Below are positions 28,306-42,800 of a stretch of 64,000 bases of DNA, one piece after another. The DNA is from a virus (taxonomy: Duplodnaviria > Caudoviricetes): the IMG/VR virus record IMGVR_UViG_3300018495_000076, positions 1-64,000 of that record; one strand, given 5' to 3'. Below the pieces are notes generated by a model. The model searched no databases. It saw only the letters and a list, made by a program, of their open reading frames with translations, and was not told the origin of the DNA. The position numbers and the translations under genes are program-made. Each line of letters opens with the position of its first letter. The first letter of the stretch is position 1.

Positions 28306-29186
28306 AATTATCTTCCTTTCTTAATATCCCATTTGATCTTGATAAACAGCGTGTGTCGTCTTATACATTCGTAATGCCTTGCTCTTTGTAATTGCTCCGA
28401 ACATTTTTACATATTCGTTAAACGTTCTCTCATCCCAACACTCATAATACCCATCACCTCCTTTTGTGTAATATTGTTTTGATAAATTCATAAACTCTTG
28501 GTAAGTAAGTGTCTTTTGCATTTTTCATCTTCCTTTCAATCATTATGTACGGTTAAAACGGCAATGTATCAAACGGTAAATGCTTATCACACCAGTCAAA
28601 TATCTTTGGGTGATTGTCCATCATCCATGCCCAAAACTGCTGACGGACATACTCTTTTCTGTTCTTCTTTGATCCATTCCAATACAATGTCCAAAATAAA
28701 CTTTTCTTTTGCATAATTAATCCTCCTCAAAACAAAAGACCTGCTTATTCGCAGATCTTTTGAATATCACTTTGCATACGGCTCAGGCATTTGTCACACA
28801 CATCAAAACCAATTACACCATCATCGTACTTTACACGACTGATTTCAAGATGAATGGTTGCTTCTCTTTCACAGCACAATAAGCATTTACCACCATCGTT
28901 AATTTTTGTTAATTCAATAATTTTCTTTTCCATATTAAATGCCTCCTTACAATATATTATATACTTTTTGTGATAAAATTACATGTCTTCTTTCTCAATA
29001 CTAAATCCCAACCCAGTAGCTGCAATAAATTTAACTCCTGGTTGCAACTTAAAACAACTTCCGTCGGGATTTTGCACATACACAAAGCTATCCGTGTCAA
29101 GAAAATTATTCACAAGTCGTTCTGCGTTGGCTATCAAGCCCAGATTGTGAATCCCAACGCACAGGTTCCACTCAAATTTGCTCATA

Positions 29187-30062
29187 TTAAATTACCTCCT
29201 TCAAATCATTTTGTTGTGTATTGATAAAACTAAAGATATGAGCAATCACATCCACAGTAAACGCATCACCAAGCACATCAGCGGCTTCATTTCTTGTAAG
29301 ACATTTCGTATAGCCTTCCGGCACCGTTTGACATCTCTCCAGCTCAGTCTGGTTCAGATATCTAATTGAGTTATCATTGCCTTTTTCTTCCCACACAATT
29401 GTGGTAAATTTCTTGTATCTATGCAACATTTTTTGCTTATCAACCAAAGGTCTGCTATCACTGACGAGCAACGCACGAGCCTTTTGTCTGTCAGTATAAC
29501 CACTCGTAAGAATACTCTGCAATGTAATTCCCTTGTCTTCAGGTTGAGTAATACCCTCAATATTAGTCCAATAATACCGATCTCTCAAAGCCGCACTGAC
29601 AAGTTTGCTATTAATTCGAATCGGTGCAACACCCATAAACTCCGTTAAAACATCTCGATCCTCATCTTTCATGCTTGCCACATTTTCAAGCAAGAACCAA
29701 GTAGGATTAACTTCTTTCAGAATACGATAGCATTCAAGGAACAATCCCGATCTTACTTTATCCTTAAGCCCAACTCTCATATCTGTTTTCATAGCAATTG
29801 AAAACGACTGACAAGGACTTCCAAATACCATCAAATCAATATGACCGACATTGTAATTGCCATTCTCCGTATAGAGCACACCTCCTTTGTACCTCACTTT
29901 GTTCACATCACCGATGTGAATAGTGTCAGGATAATTTTCTTTTGTAACTTTGACTGCAATGTCTTTGATTTCGGCAGCATAATACTTGTCTACATGCATA
30001 CCTATTCTGTCAAGAGCAATATGGGCAATGCTCATACCATCACACAAACTTAATACTTTCAT
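29187..30062 (-). CDS. DNA (cytosine-5)-methyltransferase
   Basis: Motif I variant LSLCDG, motif IV GSPCQ, motif VI LENV, motif VIII R.RYYW, C-terminal LGDAFTV. Confidence 0.9.
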   Translation of the reverse strand: MKVLSLCDGMSIAHIALDRIGMHVDKYYAAEIKDIAVKVTKENYPDTIHIGDVNKVRYKGGVLYTENGNYNVGHIDLMVFGSPCQSFSIAMKTDMRVGLKDKVRSGLFLECYRILKEVNPTWFLLENVASMKDEDRDVLTEFMGVAPIRINSKLVSAALRDRYYWTNIEGITQPEDKGITLQSILTSGYTDRQKARALLVSDSRPLVDKQKMLHRYKKFTTIVWEEKGNDNSIRYLNQTELERCQTVPEGYTKCLTRNEAADVLGDAFTVDVIAHIFSFINTQQNDLKEVI

Positions 30063-30170
30063 AATTATATCCTCCTAATCAATCATTTTGTTTTGTTATT
30101 TTTGTATAGGTGCGTATTCACCAAAATATATTTTTTCTCCTTTTTATAAATTGTTATTAATTTACTTTGC

Positions 30171-30854
30171 TCAATGCTGAGCAAAAATCACTGATTTCAC
30201 CTTCTTACTCCAACACACCCCACAAGCCGAGCAAGTACTTTCTCTTCCTGGGCATACAAACGCATTATCAGGAAATTGAGGATTCAAACTTTTGTCATTG
30301 AAATCCACATAAGCCACACCGAGTTTATGAGGATTGGGTACATCCCACATCTTATGCCAAGCAGAAAAGATAATATTCAAATTCTCAGGCAAATCACCAT
30401 TATCACTAATCCATTTATTAACCCACTCATATCGTTTAGTGAATGCCATATATTTTACTGCCGGAGTTCTCTTGCACAATGCAATCATTCTTTCCAAAAA
30501 CTCATAATCGGGAATGTCACCACTATCAAAAAATCTTACTTTTGGCAATCCTGAAAAACGTATCTTGCAATACACTTGCTCAAAGAATTCCTCTGCATTC
30601 TCCATATACAATCTAAAGTTTCTGTAGTATGCCGCCTGTACTTTTGCTATCTGCTGACAACCTTTACATGCATAACAAGTTGCTTTGCATGGAGCGTCAA
30701 TTCTACAAGTACATACTGGCATAGCAAGATTTAAGCAAGCCTTGCCTGTTTTGCTATTGCCATTGTTCATACAAATTTCATTGCTCTGACTTGCCAAATA
30801 ATCAATGTATTCTGTTCTGCTCATAGTTCCTTTGTTGTTGTTCTGCTGTTTCAT
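30171..30854 (-). CDS. Gp88-like (radical-SAM-like) protein
   Basis: GNSKTG, CTCRIDAPCKATCYA, RFFDSGD, FTKR, CP...CSACGVCW. Confidence 0.7.
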   Translation of the reverse strand: MKQQNNNKGTMSRTEYIDYLASQSNEICMNNGNSKTGKACLNLAMPVCTCRIDAPCKATCYACKGCQQIAKVQAAYYRNFRLYMENAEEFFEQVYCKIRFSGLPKVRFFDSGDIPDYEFLERMIALCKRTPAVKYMAFTKRYEWVNKWISDNGDLPENLNIIFSAWHKMWDVPNPHKLGVAYVDFNDKSLNPQFPDNAFVCPGRESTCSACGVCWSKKVKSVIFAQH

Positions 30855-33800
30855 ATTATTTTCCTCCATATTATAACATATTATTTTTAATTTGTCAATC
30901 ATTTTGTCGTGTTTTTCATAATCCATACAGATACTTCCGTGCAGCTTTCAGCATATGCACCAGTATATATCCATTCACCGTATCGTTCCAAGGCGTCATC
31001 AATTGGTAGCCTTGCCACAAAGTCCCCAGTGGTACGATACAGTCTAAGCACTTCTGTCCTCACATCGTCCTTAAAACTTTCTCTCAATGTTTGCATATTA
31101 TTCCTCCTCATTATGCGAATAATTATTCATATTTTATGCATATTAATCATTCAACCATGCAATCACCTCCTCTTCCGTCTGAAACTCTTCAACCCAACAG
31201 TCTCCTGTAGTGTTATCACAGCCAACCCAAACATCATTGTCGCAGCAATAAAACTGTTCATGTGGCACTGACTTATGATTATCACACCATGATTGTACGA
31301 TAGCAAGCATTTCTGTTGCAGTAATCTTTTTCATTGTTCATCCTCCTTTGTCCAAAACTTCCCATTATAAGATATTCGACCAATTAAGTTGCCAAGCCCA
31401 TCATAAACTTCACCTCCTTCCCAATTACCTGCACCAATGTCATATTTATCAATGTACTCTAACACTCGACGCTGGCATTCTTCTATTGATGCTGTGTATA
31501 CCAATTCTTCAGGTACACCATACATCGGCTCATACGGATTTTCATTGTGGTCTATATTGCCACATGTTGCTAATCTTACAGAATAAATCATTTTTTAATC
31601 CTCCTCTTCAAACAACCACTCATAGCCCAATGTTTTAATTTCATTATCCTTAAAACCTAACAAGTGCAAATTTGCCACAATGCTTTCTGTGTCATCTGTA
31701 AACCAATCGATACATCTTTTCAGCAATTCCAATGCTCTCAAATAACTGATTGTTCCATCATTACCGAGCCATACCTCCTTTTGAATGTATATCAGAAGTT
31801 CTGTACTGCCAACGGAAGCCAACTGTCTGGCACATTCATAAATTGCTTTTTCAAAGTCGTGCCAAGATTTACTTGAGTCCAATTTTGCAAGCTCTGTGTT
31901 GTACCAATCATCATTCAGCAGTGTGTACTGCCCATGCTCTACAACCATATGGATTGCCGCACGGAAAATAACATCTCCGGCACAAGAATATTTGCTTCTG
32001 ATTGTATCAATTTTCTGTTTGGTTTCTGTGTAGTTTTTCATAATTTATACCTCTACTTTCATATAAAATCACTCTTTTATGTGGTTGTTTAACTTCTCTG
32101 CCTTATGCTCTGCTTGTTTCTTGAATAGATAGCACCACTTTAATCCTTTAAGTCCGTACCACTTCAAGCAACATTTCAAATGTCCTCGCAAATTATAAGG
32201 CATTACATCATAATAGATATTATCGTTTCTATCGTAATACTTGTCTACTTTCCATAATGTCATATATCTTTACCTCTTAAAATCGTCATTTTATTATTAA
32301 AGTTCCGTCAAATCAAAATCTTCAAACTCTGCAATGGATTCTCCAAGTTCCAATGTCAGCCAACCACCTTTGACAAAATAACCTTTAACATCCATTCCAT
32401 CCAATTCTTCTTCTGGAATATTATCGTCAATCTCAATTCCGTTTTTGTCAAAGATTTCAACCACATCTGCGGTCTTATATATATCTAATCTCTTAAATTC
32501 TGCATAAGTCATTTTGTTTACCTCCTATAAAATTATCCTTTTAATCTCCGTTCTAACAAATATTTTTTCAAAAGATACTGTTTATCTTTTTCAATTTGTT
32601 CAATATGTTGATACAGATAAACAATATATTCATAAAGTTCTGTGGTAAGTTGTCTACTTTCTTCAAGAGCATAACCACGATGATTTGCTATTTCAAGAAA
32701 AACTTGTGCATATCTAATATCATGTAGGCGATTTTCAGAACTTTTATCAATCTTTAATTTATCCATTGTTGGAGAAACGAAGTCTTTGCATCCATTTTTC
32801 ATAACACAACCTCCTCTTAAAACACAATATTTGTTTCTGCCGTGATTTTTGCCACCAACTGATCCAACTCATCATATTTGGCAAGCAGATATTTCAGTTC
32901 GTCAATGGTAATTTCTCTCTTTGCACTATCATAGAAACTATCACTATTTTCATAGACATAAATTGTACCATCACTGCATGTTGCAATGTGAACACCGAAT
33001 GTTGTGTTGTAATTCTTGTTTCTGAATTTTTCTTTCAGAACGGAGTATTCATCATGCTCCAGGAAGTATTTCTCCTCCTGATGTTTGCATTCCTTTAACT
33101 GACGATGGAATGCTTCATCAACCAAATCATCATAAGTGTCATAATCCCCCTTGTAACGATATGTGATATTTCTGTGCATTCCAAGAAGATAATACCTACC
33201 ATAGTTGTACATAATGTCAACAATAGGTCTGTTATACTTTGTGTCATTTCTTTTAACCCATGCTATCAGAGAAACCGTTTTGACATCTCCCCATTTGTCT
33301 TTTGGTAATGCGACTTTGTCCTCATTGAACTTTTCAATCAGCGCCAAGACATAACTCAATTTTCCATCTTGCATACGATCAACAAACTCAATCTTGTCTT
33401 CTCGTGATACCTGTGACTCACAAGCATATATTTTTTCTTTACCTACAATCAATCCTCTTCTTTCATTCAACAATGCCATTTCTTCAACTTTCCAATTAAA
33501 CATAATTAAATCCTCCTTTAAAATAGTAGTTTTATATGCTTACATTTCCAATATTGTTTGTGCCACTCTCATTTTAATTTCTTCTATGCACTCTTTGGGC
33601 GTATCAAAACTTTCCATTGTTCCGTTATTTTTTGTTCCACCACCAACTGAAAAATATTTGCTACCATCATCAAGTTTAATAATTTCTATAAAAATTCTCT
33701 GCTCTTTCATTTGTTAAATCCTCCGCTTAAAATGTGATTTTTATTGTACAACTTCGACTTCGTCTGTGTCTGCCTTGTTCAATGGATAAATTCCATATTC

Positions 33801-36800
33801 ACATTCACATGCTCGACCACTCGCAATCCATTTTTTGTTCGTTGCGTCTATTCCAAGTTCATTGTTTTCTGTCTTGTAGACCTTTTCGGTACGACCATCC
33901 TCGTATCGGATAACACATCCATCGGTAATTTCTGTTCCATTTTTGTCGAAATACGTTCTTGTTCCATTTTCTGTTTTAATCATAATCATTTTCCTTTCTG
34001 CCACGGTATTATGAGCCGCCGTGGCCCGGCATAATTATTTTAAATCATTTTGTGTTGTAATGTGTTAATTCAGCGTTAACATTTTGCGAATTTTAAAGCA
34101 CTTCCCTTGCTTCAATAATTACTTCGGATACATAATCGCTAAACATATTGTCTACATAAACACCCCAATAATCAATGGTATCAAACAGTTCACAAGTTTG
34201 ATTTGCAAGTGCCTCCTCAACCCAATCAACTTTCTTTTCTTCTTCAACAAGTTCGTTGAATTTCACAACTGCGTCTGCATAATCTACATACAAGTAAGCG
34301 TCCGCATAGTCATCTTTTTCCTCACGGCGAATTCTTTTTACTTCATATAATACAAATTTCATATTATTCTTCCTCCCTCATCAATTTTGTTATCAAACTC
34401 ATTGGAAAACTTGCTCCATATTGTTCCTCAAGCAATTTCACAGAAAATTCGGTTATTTCTCTACCAACTTCCGTAACACCTTTTTTAAGGGCTACTTTAC
34501 GCTCTTTGTCATTCATATTTTCAATATCTTCATTTGTGTAACAAGACCCGTATAGATTAACTTCGGTCACACTACACTTCGCAAGTTTTTTAATATAGGT
34601 TTCAGTCAAGTAGTCAATCGCTTCCCAATATGCACTATTCGAAACATTATTCATAATTTCATTGGTACTAAATTTCACATTCATTGTATCCATTATCATT
34701 TCCTCCTTATTCCCATCCAAGGGCATAACCCTTAGTGACATCAAACATATGCACACCAAACCACTCTTCGAGCATAGTTAAAACCTCATTGTCGTATTCT
34801 TCAAGGTCTATGCCACGATCCTCTAAGAATTCATCCAATGTAAGTCTGTAATTATCAAGATAAACATCAAATGCCTTGAGAATGTTTGCCTTGCATTCCT
34901 TTTTTGTCTTGCCTATTGCATAAAGCTCATAACTTAAGTCTCTTACGATTCCAATATACATATTAATTTTCCTCCTCAATTTCATATATTGTAATGCAGT
35001 TATACTGCTCTTTACCAATTGTTTCAACTTCAAACTCGACTTCTATGTCATTGAACCACATTCCCCTTACTTGCACACTAACAAATGCGTCCAAACAAGG
35101 TATGCTCGTCCAATATCCACCAAGAGTTTGTATGGAGATATTAAAATCTTCTCCGTTGAACCTACTGTCATGTTCAAGCACATAAAGTAGCTCATTGATT
35201 GTGTGCTTGACTCTGTCCTTCATGAACATATGTGCTTTGAAAGCCCATGTAAGTTTGTTCTTAAATGTCTGCCGTGTCATCTTCTTCATCCTCCATATAA
35301 ATAGTAAATCCAATTCCCTGAATGCAATCGCATTCTTTTTCGATAAACTCTTCGGTAAGCATTGCAATATCAGCTTCGTCTGCTCTTTCAGATTCTCCAT
35401 CTCCAAAGCAGTAAATTCTAACATCGACATCAATTGTGCCAGTCATTTCCCCACCACAATCTGTGTTGAAAAAGTCATCCTCATCTTGCACAAAACCCGG
35501 TGCATAAAATTCATAGGATTTAAATCCGTCCGTTGCTATAACATGGCTAAAAATCTTACTCATGATTAAACCTCCTTGTTTTTGTTGATTTCAATAGTGT
35601 GTGTAGGTTCATCCTCGTTGTAGTTTGCATACACAATCAATCTTGTGCCACCTTCTGTAGGATGTTCCATAACATCAAGCATACAAACAATTTCTCCATC
35701 GAGTAGCAGTTCTACCCCTTTGGCAATGCCATCATCATAAGTTCGTACTTGAATTACTCCCGCTTTCGTTATGCATTCATTTTTCATGCTTATTTCTCCT
35801 CTCCGAGCAATTTATTTTTATAAGTTTCAACAAGTTCGTTGATATATTGGGGGTCTTGATCACCATAGAACCAACCAATTAAATCACCACTCTGCTTAAT
35901 TGTGTAATCCATCACAAATGTAATATCAGAGCATTTGTGGTCGTTATCGTAGCCAACAAGCAGTTCCTTGTCGATACCAATAAGGCTTCTGATAACATTT
36001 CTTACCACTCTTGGGTTAATATTTCTCATGCTGTACATATTCAGATTACCAAAGTTGCAATGGTAGCACTCTGTGTAATGCTTCACATCTTTAAGAATCA
36101 CATTATACCAACAGATGATATCGGAAATATCCTCTTTGCCTTCAACGAATTGATTAATGAATTCACTCAAACTTCCGCATTTCCAACCCCAATCATTCCA
36201 ATCTTCTTGCAATGCAACACGGATGATATCCTTCAATTCAGCAGGTCTATACTCACTACCAACCGTATTACCAGTTGTGGGATTGCCATTTCCGTATTCC
36301 TCTTCGTACATCTCACGAAGAGCAAAGGCAATTTCATTCACGGAATCGGCATAGTAATCAATTTCAATCTCATGCTCACCAACGGAAATACGAATCTTAT
36401 GGTCTTCATACCACTGATTCTCGTCGATACTTCCATCCTCGAACTCCTCCACAGGTGGACAAACAAGCGCCTCTCTGCTGAATTCCTCATAGTTTTTCAG
36501 TGTGTACTTTTTCATTTTTGTTTCCTCCTCAAATTTAGGTTTAATAACTTCATCGTTGCCTTCGTATACAGTTGCCCAGTACGGATGTTCTGTTAAGTTA
36601 TGGATACTTTCATTGTTCAGCATTTCAATTTCTTCATCCGTATTGCCGTGAATTTTGTTATAATTATTTGCCACATCCCAAGCAAAATCGTAATTGTCTG
36701 TTTTTACAAGTGTAAGAATGCTGTTATAAGTTGTTTTGCTTCTAATATCTACACAATACATTGTTTTATTTTCCTCCTCTTTCATAGGTGCTTCGTACCA

Positions 36801-39800
36801 CATAACAACAACATGCTCGTTAGAATTGTCAAAATCTACAGCCTGCAAATCCTCATCAAGATTGCCTAAATCCCATAAGTGTTCAAGTACATCTTTTTGG
36901 CACTGCCTATTGGTTGGGTCAAAACTTTCAATATGCTCGTAAGGGATTACATAACTACAAGTTGTTGACTTCTTTGCCATCTGGATAATTTCCTTTGCCC
37001 ACTGTTTTACAAGTGCATTTGTGTGTTTCATAATATTAATCCTCCATAAGATTTTTAAATATTTCAATGATTGTTGCTTCTGGGTTTTTGTATTCCTTCA
37101 AGTGTGCACGAATATCACACTTGGTAATTACATCCAATGGCTTTTCTGGGCACACTTGTTCAATGATAGCCTTAAACTCAATCTCATAAGTTTTCAATTT
37201 GACCACCCCCTTTCTTTGCAAAGCAATGTAACGATCAAACAATGCACAAACCAAAGCACTGCTTCGTGTCGAATTCATGTAGCGTTTTTCCATTTTAAGA
37301 ACCCTCCTCTTCATCAAACAATTCTCTTTCCCATTCATCGAACAATGTTTCTGGTGCCATCCAGTCAAGATGGTCAAACAAATCTTCGGCAAGTCTTTCG
37401 TTGCCGTTGCAGACGTCAAGCAAATCCTGTCTTGTGTATCCTTGTATTGCCACATACGGATTATTTACAAGTTCCGAAGCAAGGAATTCTTTGTCTGATA
37501 AATGGTCTAAGTCGTTACTAAATTCAAAACCATACTCATTGATGTAGCACACCCCCTCTCCTGTTTCAAATGCATGCCTATCTTTATAGACAACACCGTT
37601 ATTCTTGTAATTTCCAAACTGACCATACTCTCCAAAATAATAGGTTGTGCCACCAATAACCAATTTCCATCCAGCCGGATAAACTTTTTTAATTTTCATT
37701 TTCTCAAATCCTCCAATTCTTTTCAAATGGCTCTTAATAACTTTGTGAAAAGCTTCTTGCTCACAGTCAAAGATGGTATCGTTTTCACAAACCTCACATA
37801 TTACATCCAAAGCAATATCTGTGATATTAATGTTTGCCGTGCTTGGATCGATATTGTAATCTTCGGCAAGCTTTAAAGCAACCTCATCTTTGTAATTTCT
37901 AATTCTTACTTCGGTGTAGGTGTCACACATTTCTTGTTCTGTAAGTTCAATTTCTTTTCCGTCACGATAAATTTTCATGGCTTATACCTCCTTTCCAGAA
38001 AATCTAGGCAAGAACCAAGAATCATTGCTAAAATCAATGGGATATACTTCACGGTTAATTGCCTTATAGATACCAACGATGTCATGGACAAAGTTGAAAT
38101 CATCTGCTTCAAGCCAATCTTCAAGCCTCATGTTGAAATATCTTGTGGCATTCTGCACATCCAAATAGGCTGTAATACGGTTGTCCTCATACAACCCCAT
38201 GCTCTGTGCACGGTCTACAATTTTGTTGATAAGTTCATAGTCTTTCTTGGTAAGTTTTTTCATTGTTCATTCCTCCAATATTATTTTTCATTTTTGCCAA
38301 GTTCATATGCTGCTTTGAGTGCGGCTTCTAAACTCCACACTGATGTTTCGAAGAAGTCATCTGTGTCAGAGTAATATGTCTTGAGAGTTGTTCTGTCTTG
38401 CAATTCTGGGATATGTTTGTTGGCAATTGTGGTCAGTTTCTTTTCAAGAGCAGTTAACTGACATGAATTTCTGCTGTTGTTTACGAGTTTCATTACTTAC
38501 CACCTCCTTTCCAACCATATACTGCAGCCACATCTTTGTAGAGTGACTTCGTATAATAGTTTAATTTGCTTCTGCTAATCTCTTCGCCGTTATAAATTGC
38601 GTCGAGAAGATTATTGATGTTTCTATCCTCACGGATTACCCTATATAAGTAGTGGTTGACTCCATCATGATGATGTTCAGTTCCTCGGATATCATATCCA
38701 TCTCCATAAAACTCTGCATACTCTTCATCACAATAAAGAATGTCTTTAATATTTCGGCTGTTGATGATTCTGTAACCGCTTTTTCTGCCATTCCACAAAC
38801 CGAGGTCGGCAATTAAAAGAATTCTGCCGTCAACTACTTTGTTGAGATTCACTCTCTCGTCACAGAGATACTCTTCATTTGTTTCAACCATCCACTCGTA
38901 GATTGCATCTTCATCATTAGGGTCAAGGTCTTCAATCTCGTTGATTTCGAGAAATTCTTTGTAGCCATCTTTCCAATCGTTAATGTCCAGATTTATACTG
39001 CTCCAAATTGTGTACTTTTTCATTTTTGTATCCTCCTTAAAATTTCGGCGCATTTAAGTCTTCTTCTGTTACTCTCCAACCAATGGGTGTGTATCCCAGT
39101 GCGGATAAAAAAGCATAATATATGGTATTCAGCCACTCTATTCTCGTTTTGTCATTGCCTTTGATTTTATCAAAGACATCCATGTCAATAAATCGTTGTT
39201 GCTCCTCCTCGGTCATTTTTTCCCATGTCCATGATTTTTTGATAACATTTTGAAAATAATTTTCTACTGCGTTTGAGTATTTTTTCATAATTCATTCCTC
39301 CTTAAATTTTCTTGATTCCCGGTATTATTGCTTCGCCATCAAACATTACGCTCAACAAGTTTTGTGGTGTCCACCAATTGCGTCCATAGCCGTAGTAACC
39401 CTCAAAGTTTGCACCAAACTCTGTGTACACATCTCCGTCGCAATTCCAATCTGCCTCGACGGTATGGAACGGCTCAAGCTGTTTGCAAACCCTACCATTC
39501 TTCCAATGGATTTCATGGTCTGTACGAGTTATATCAATTTCGTACTTATCACAAAAGAAACCTCTTTCAATAGACCATCCAGAATGCTCCAATCTCATTT
39601 TATTCCACCTCCTTTCTATACTCATCATACTCTGCCTTTGTTAGCAGTTGTTTCATATAATGCTTATCTTGGTATTCGTTGACGATAAACTCATCAAAGC
39701 ACACCCAGATTTCACTTCCGAAGCCATAATCAAATTCCCAAACATCAAACACAGTTTCAAGATCATCATTGGCTTCTTCCATACAGACAGACAACTCTCC

Positions 39801-42800
39801 AATCAACTGTGTCAATGTATATCCATGACGCAACATCCAGTCGAGTTGATACTTTTCGTAAGCAATTTGTTTGATATTCATCTTGCTTTCCTCCTTGAAA
39901 TTGGGATTAATAACACCCCATTCATTTATTATCCTGATACACTCAATTGATTCCTCTGTTACCTCACACTCTTCTACCCTAAGGTCGAGTTCATACACTT
40001 TTGGGGCATTTACGAAGAATGATTCTACACTTCTGCATTGAAGTTTTACAAACAGCTCATATGCCTCCGTATAAGTATCAAATCTTCCAAAACCAATTCC
40101 GTAGTCAGTAACTTCAAGGTCTTGGTTATAACCAAGACCACATACATAATATTTGATTGCCATTATTCTTCATCCTCCTCTTCGTAGTCATCGTCGTAAT
40201 CTACCGCACCAATCTGTTCACCCTCTGTGATTACCACAGCTTTGAAATCTTTGCCATAGAACACTCGTACTTTATGCTCTTCCACATCATAGTTAATTTC
40301 CATTGCAAAATCACTGCCATACTTTTGTTTCATGCCAATTACAACCTCCATATCTTCGTCGAAGTTCTCAAGCATTTCAATTAAATCTCTTACTGTCATA
40401 GTTAATTCCTCCCTTAAATTATCGTTTTATTTATACTAATTTTCCACAGTTATGCATATGCAACGAACCACAATGCATAACTGCTTTAACACCAAATCTG
40501 TGTACTGAATTATAGTTGTCGATCATATCCAATAATTCTTCTTTGCACAAGCAGTTGTAAGATTCGATAACCAATTCGGCATTGTCATTGTTGGATATGA
40601 GCCAACTTTGATGAACAAAAAATCCAGATGGACATTTCTCTTGATAAATGCCAAAGCCTTCGTATTCATCTCTAAGCACATATTTGTCCTGTGTTCCATA
40701 TACATTTTTAATTGTGATAATTCTTTTCATATCAATTTCCTCCATTACCATTTTCGATTAAAGTCGTGATCCCAACTTGCACCATCGTAAGCATCGGTCA
40801 AATAATCTATTAATTCGGCCAATGTCCAATTAACTCTCATAAAAATCTCCTTGCCATCTGTAGAAAAATTGTAAATTTCTTCGTCCCACCAGAATCCCCA
40901 CAAGTCTTGATCTCTGTCGTAATGCTCAAAGAAATCATGCCATTCTGTCGGCTTCTCCTTGGGATAATTATAACCAGATAAAGGAAGACCATTATCGTAA
41001 TGAAGAGTTTCCATACAATCGCTAATCCTTGCAATAGCGTGTACCGAACCTGGACGAGTTCCCTTGAGTATTATATTGTCAGCACAACTCAAACAGTTGT
41101 TCAATACTTCATTGTCATCCAATTCTCTTAATAATTCTGTCGCCTCGCCAACAGTTACCCCCTTGAATATTTTTGTCAGAATAACACACGCCTCATTCAA
41201 ATCGTTCGACAATGCCTTTGTAAGTTCATCTGCGTATCTTTCAATCATTTTTTCAACATTCTTCATTTGTAATTTCCTCCTAAATATCAAATCAATTCAT
41301 AAAGTGTATCAAATCCACATTCTTTACACCAATCACACTTGGACTCAACTGCGTCCATTTCATCCACATAATGTGTAAGTGTTGCTTGGTTTCCCTCATG
41401 GCACTCAATGCCCATAAGACAATGTTCACAGACCCACAAGGTTTCTCTTGGCTCGTAGTCATCTCCATAGGGAATAGATTCCCATCCCTCATAGAAAGGA
41501 ATGTTATAATCATCAAGCAGTTTGTTTACCATAAATTCCTCAAGGCAATTATCTTGGTCGGTATTATGCCACTCAATATAATACTCATCAAGAGATTTCA
41601 GCATTGCTTCTTTGGCAGATTCATACTTGTCATGCAACTCAATTTTCAAGGTGCGTTCAAAGCACACAACATCGTATTCAATAATCATTTTATTTTACCT
41701 CCTCTAATTTTGTAATGGGCAACGGATTTTTCTCGAAACATCCATAATACCAATCACACAGTGTTTCAATGGTATCATAGTTCCAAATCTCATCCCAATA
41801 CTGTTTGTCGCTTGCATTAGGATGTTCTTCATAAAAGAGTTCGCTGATATAGCTCATATAGCCATCAAAAAATGCATAACAAATATGTTCGTCAATGCCC
41901 ATATTGTTATGATAATCGGATACATAGATGCTATTCAGCACCACTTGGTTTCTCAATCTTTGCAATTCATTTTTGTTCAACATTTTATTTTTCCTCCAAG
42001 CCAAATATTTGTACAATATCCTCAAAACTGTTTACATACATAGGTACTCCATGAAACTCCATTTCTGTTACTGGATCATCTGATCCCGGACCAACATAAT
42101 CTTCTGCCCACCACATTTTTCTAAGTTCCTCGATGGAGTTAAAGTTCCATTCTCTGTATTCTCCGTCTATATTAATTGTTACAAATGTCAACATATTATT
42201 GCCTCCTTGAGGGGTAGGTTTTTGCCTACCCCTATTATAATCATTTTGCTTTGTGCTTACAACGACCAATTGCCAATGTTATTGCCGTTGATATCTTGAA
42301 TTTTACCTTCGGTTTCGCCATTCTTAATGCGTTGCAAAATTCTTTCGAATATGCATTCGATCTGATAGTCCATGCCATATTCTTCAAATGCCGCATTATC
42401 GGTGTTGAATTTAATTGTCATATTACTTACCTCCTTTCTCAAGATAATCCATAAGCACCTTACCAGTTTTACAAGCGTGCTCATTTCTTCCGTCAAATCT
42501 GCCATCTTCATACATCTCTCTGCATTTCAGCAACCATTCAAGGCAAAGTGTAGTAAAATCAGACTGCAAGGTTCTGTGCTCACGGCTCATTTGCTCAACG
42601 AATGACTGATAGTTAAAAATGCAGTTGATTTCGTTTGTGATATGACTTGCAAGTTGTTTCTCCTTGGCAACTGTTGGCTCTTTGGTTGCCTCAAAGTAAC
42701 TTACATTTCCAAGTCGATCAACAGATTTCAGTCTTACCTTGGTGTCAGTTTCTCTATCGAGTGTGAACTTACGGAATAAATTCAAACTATTGAGCTTCGT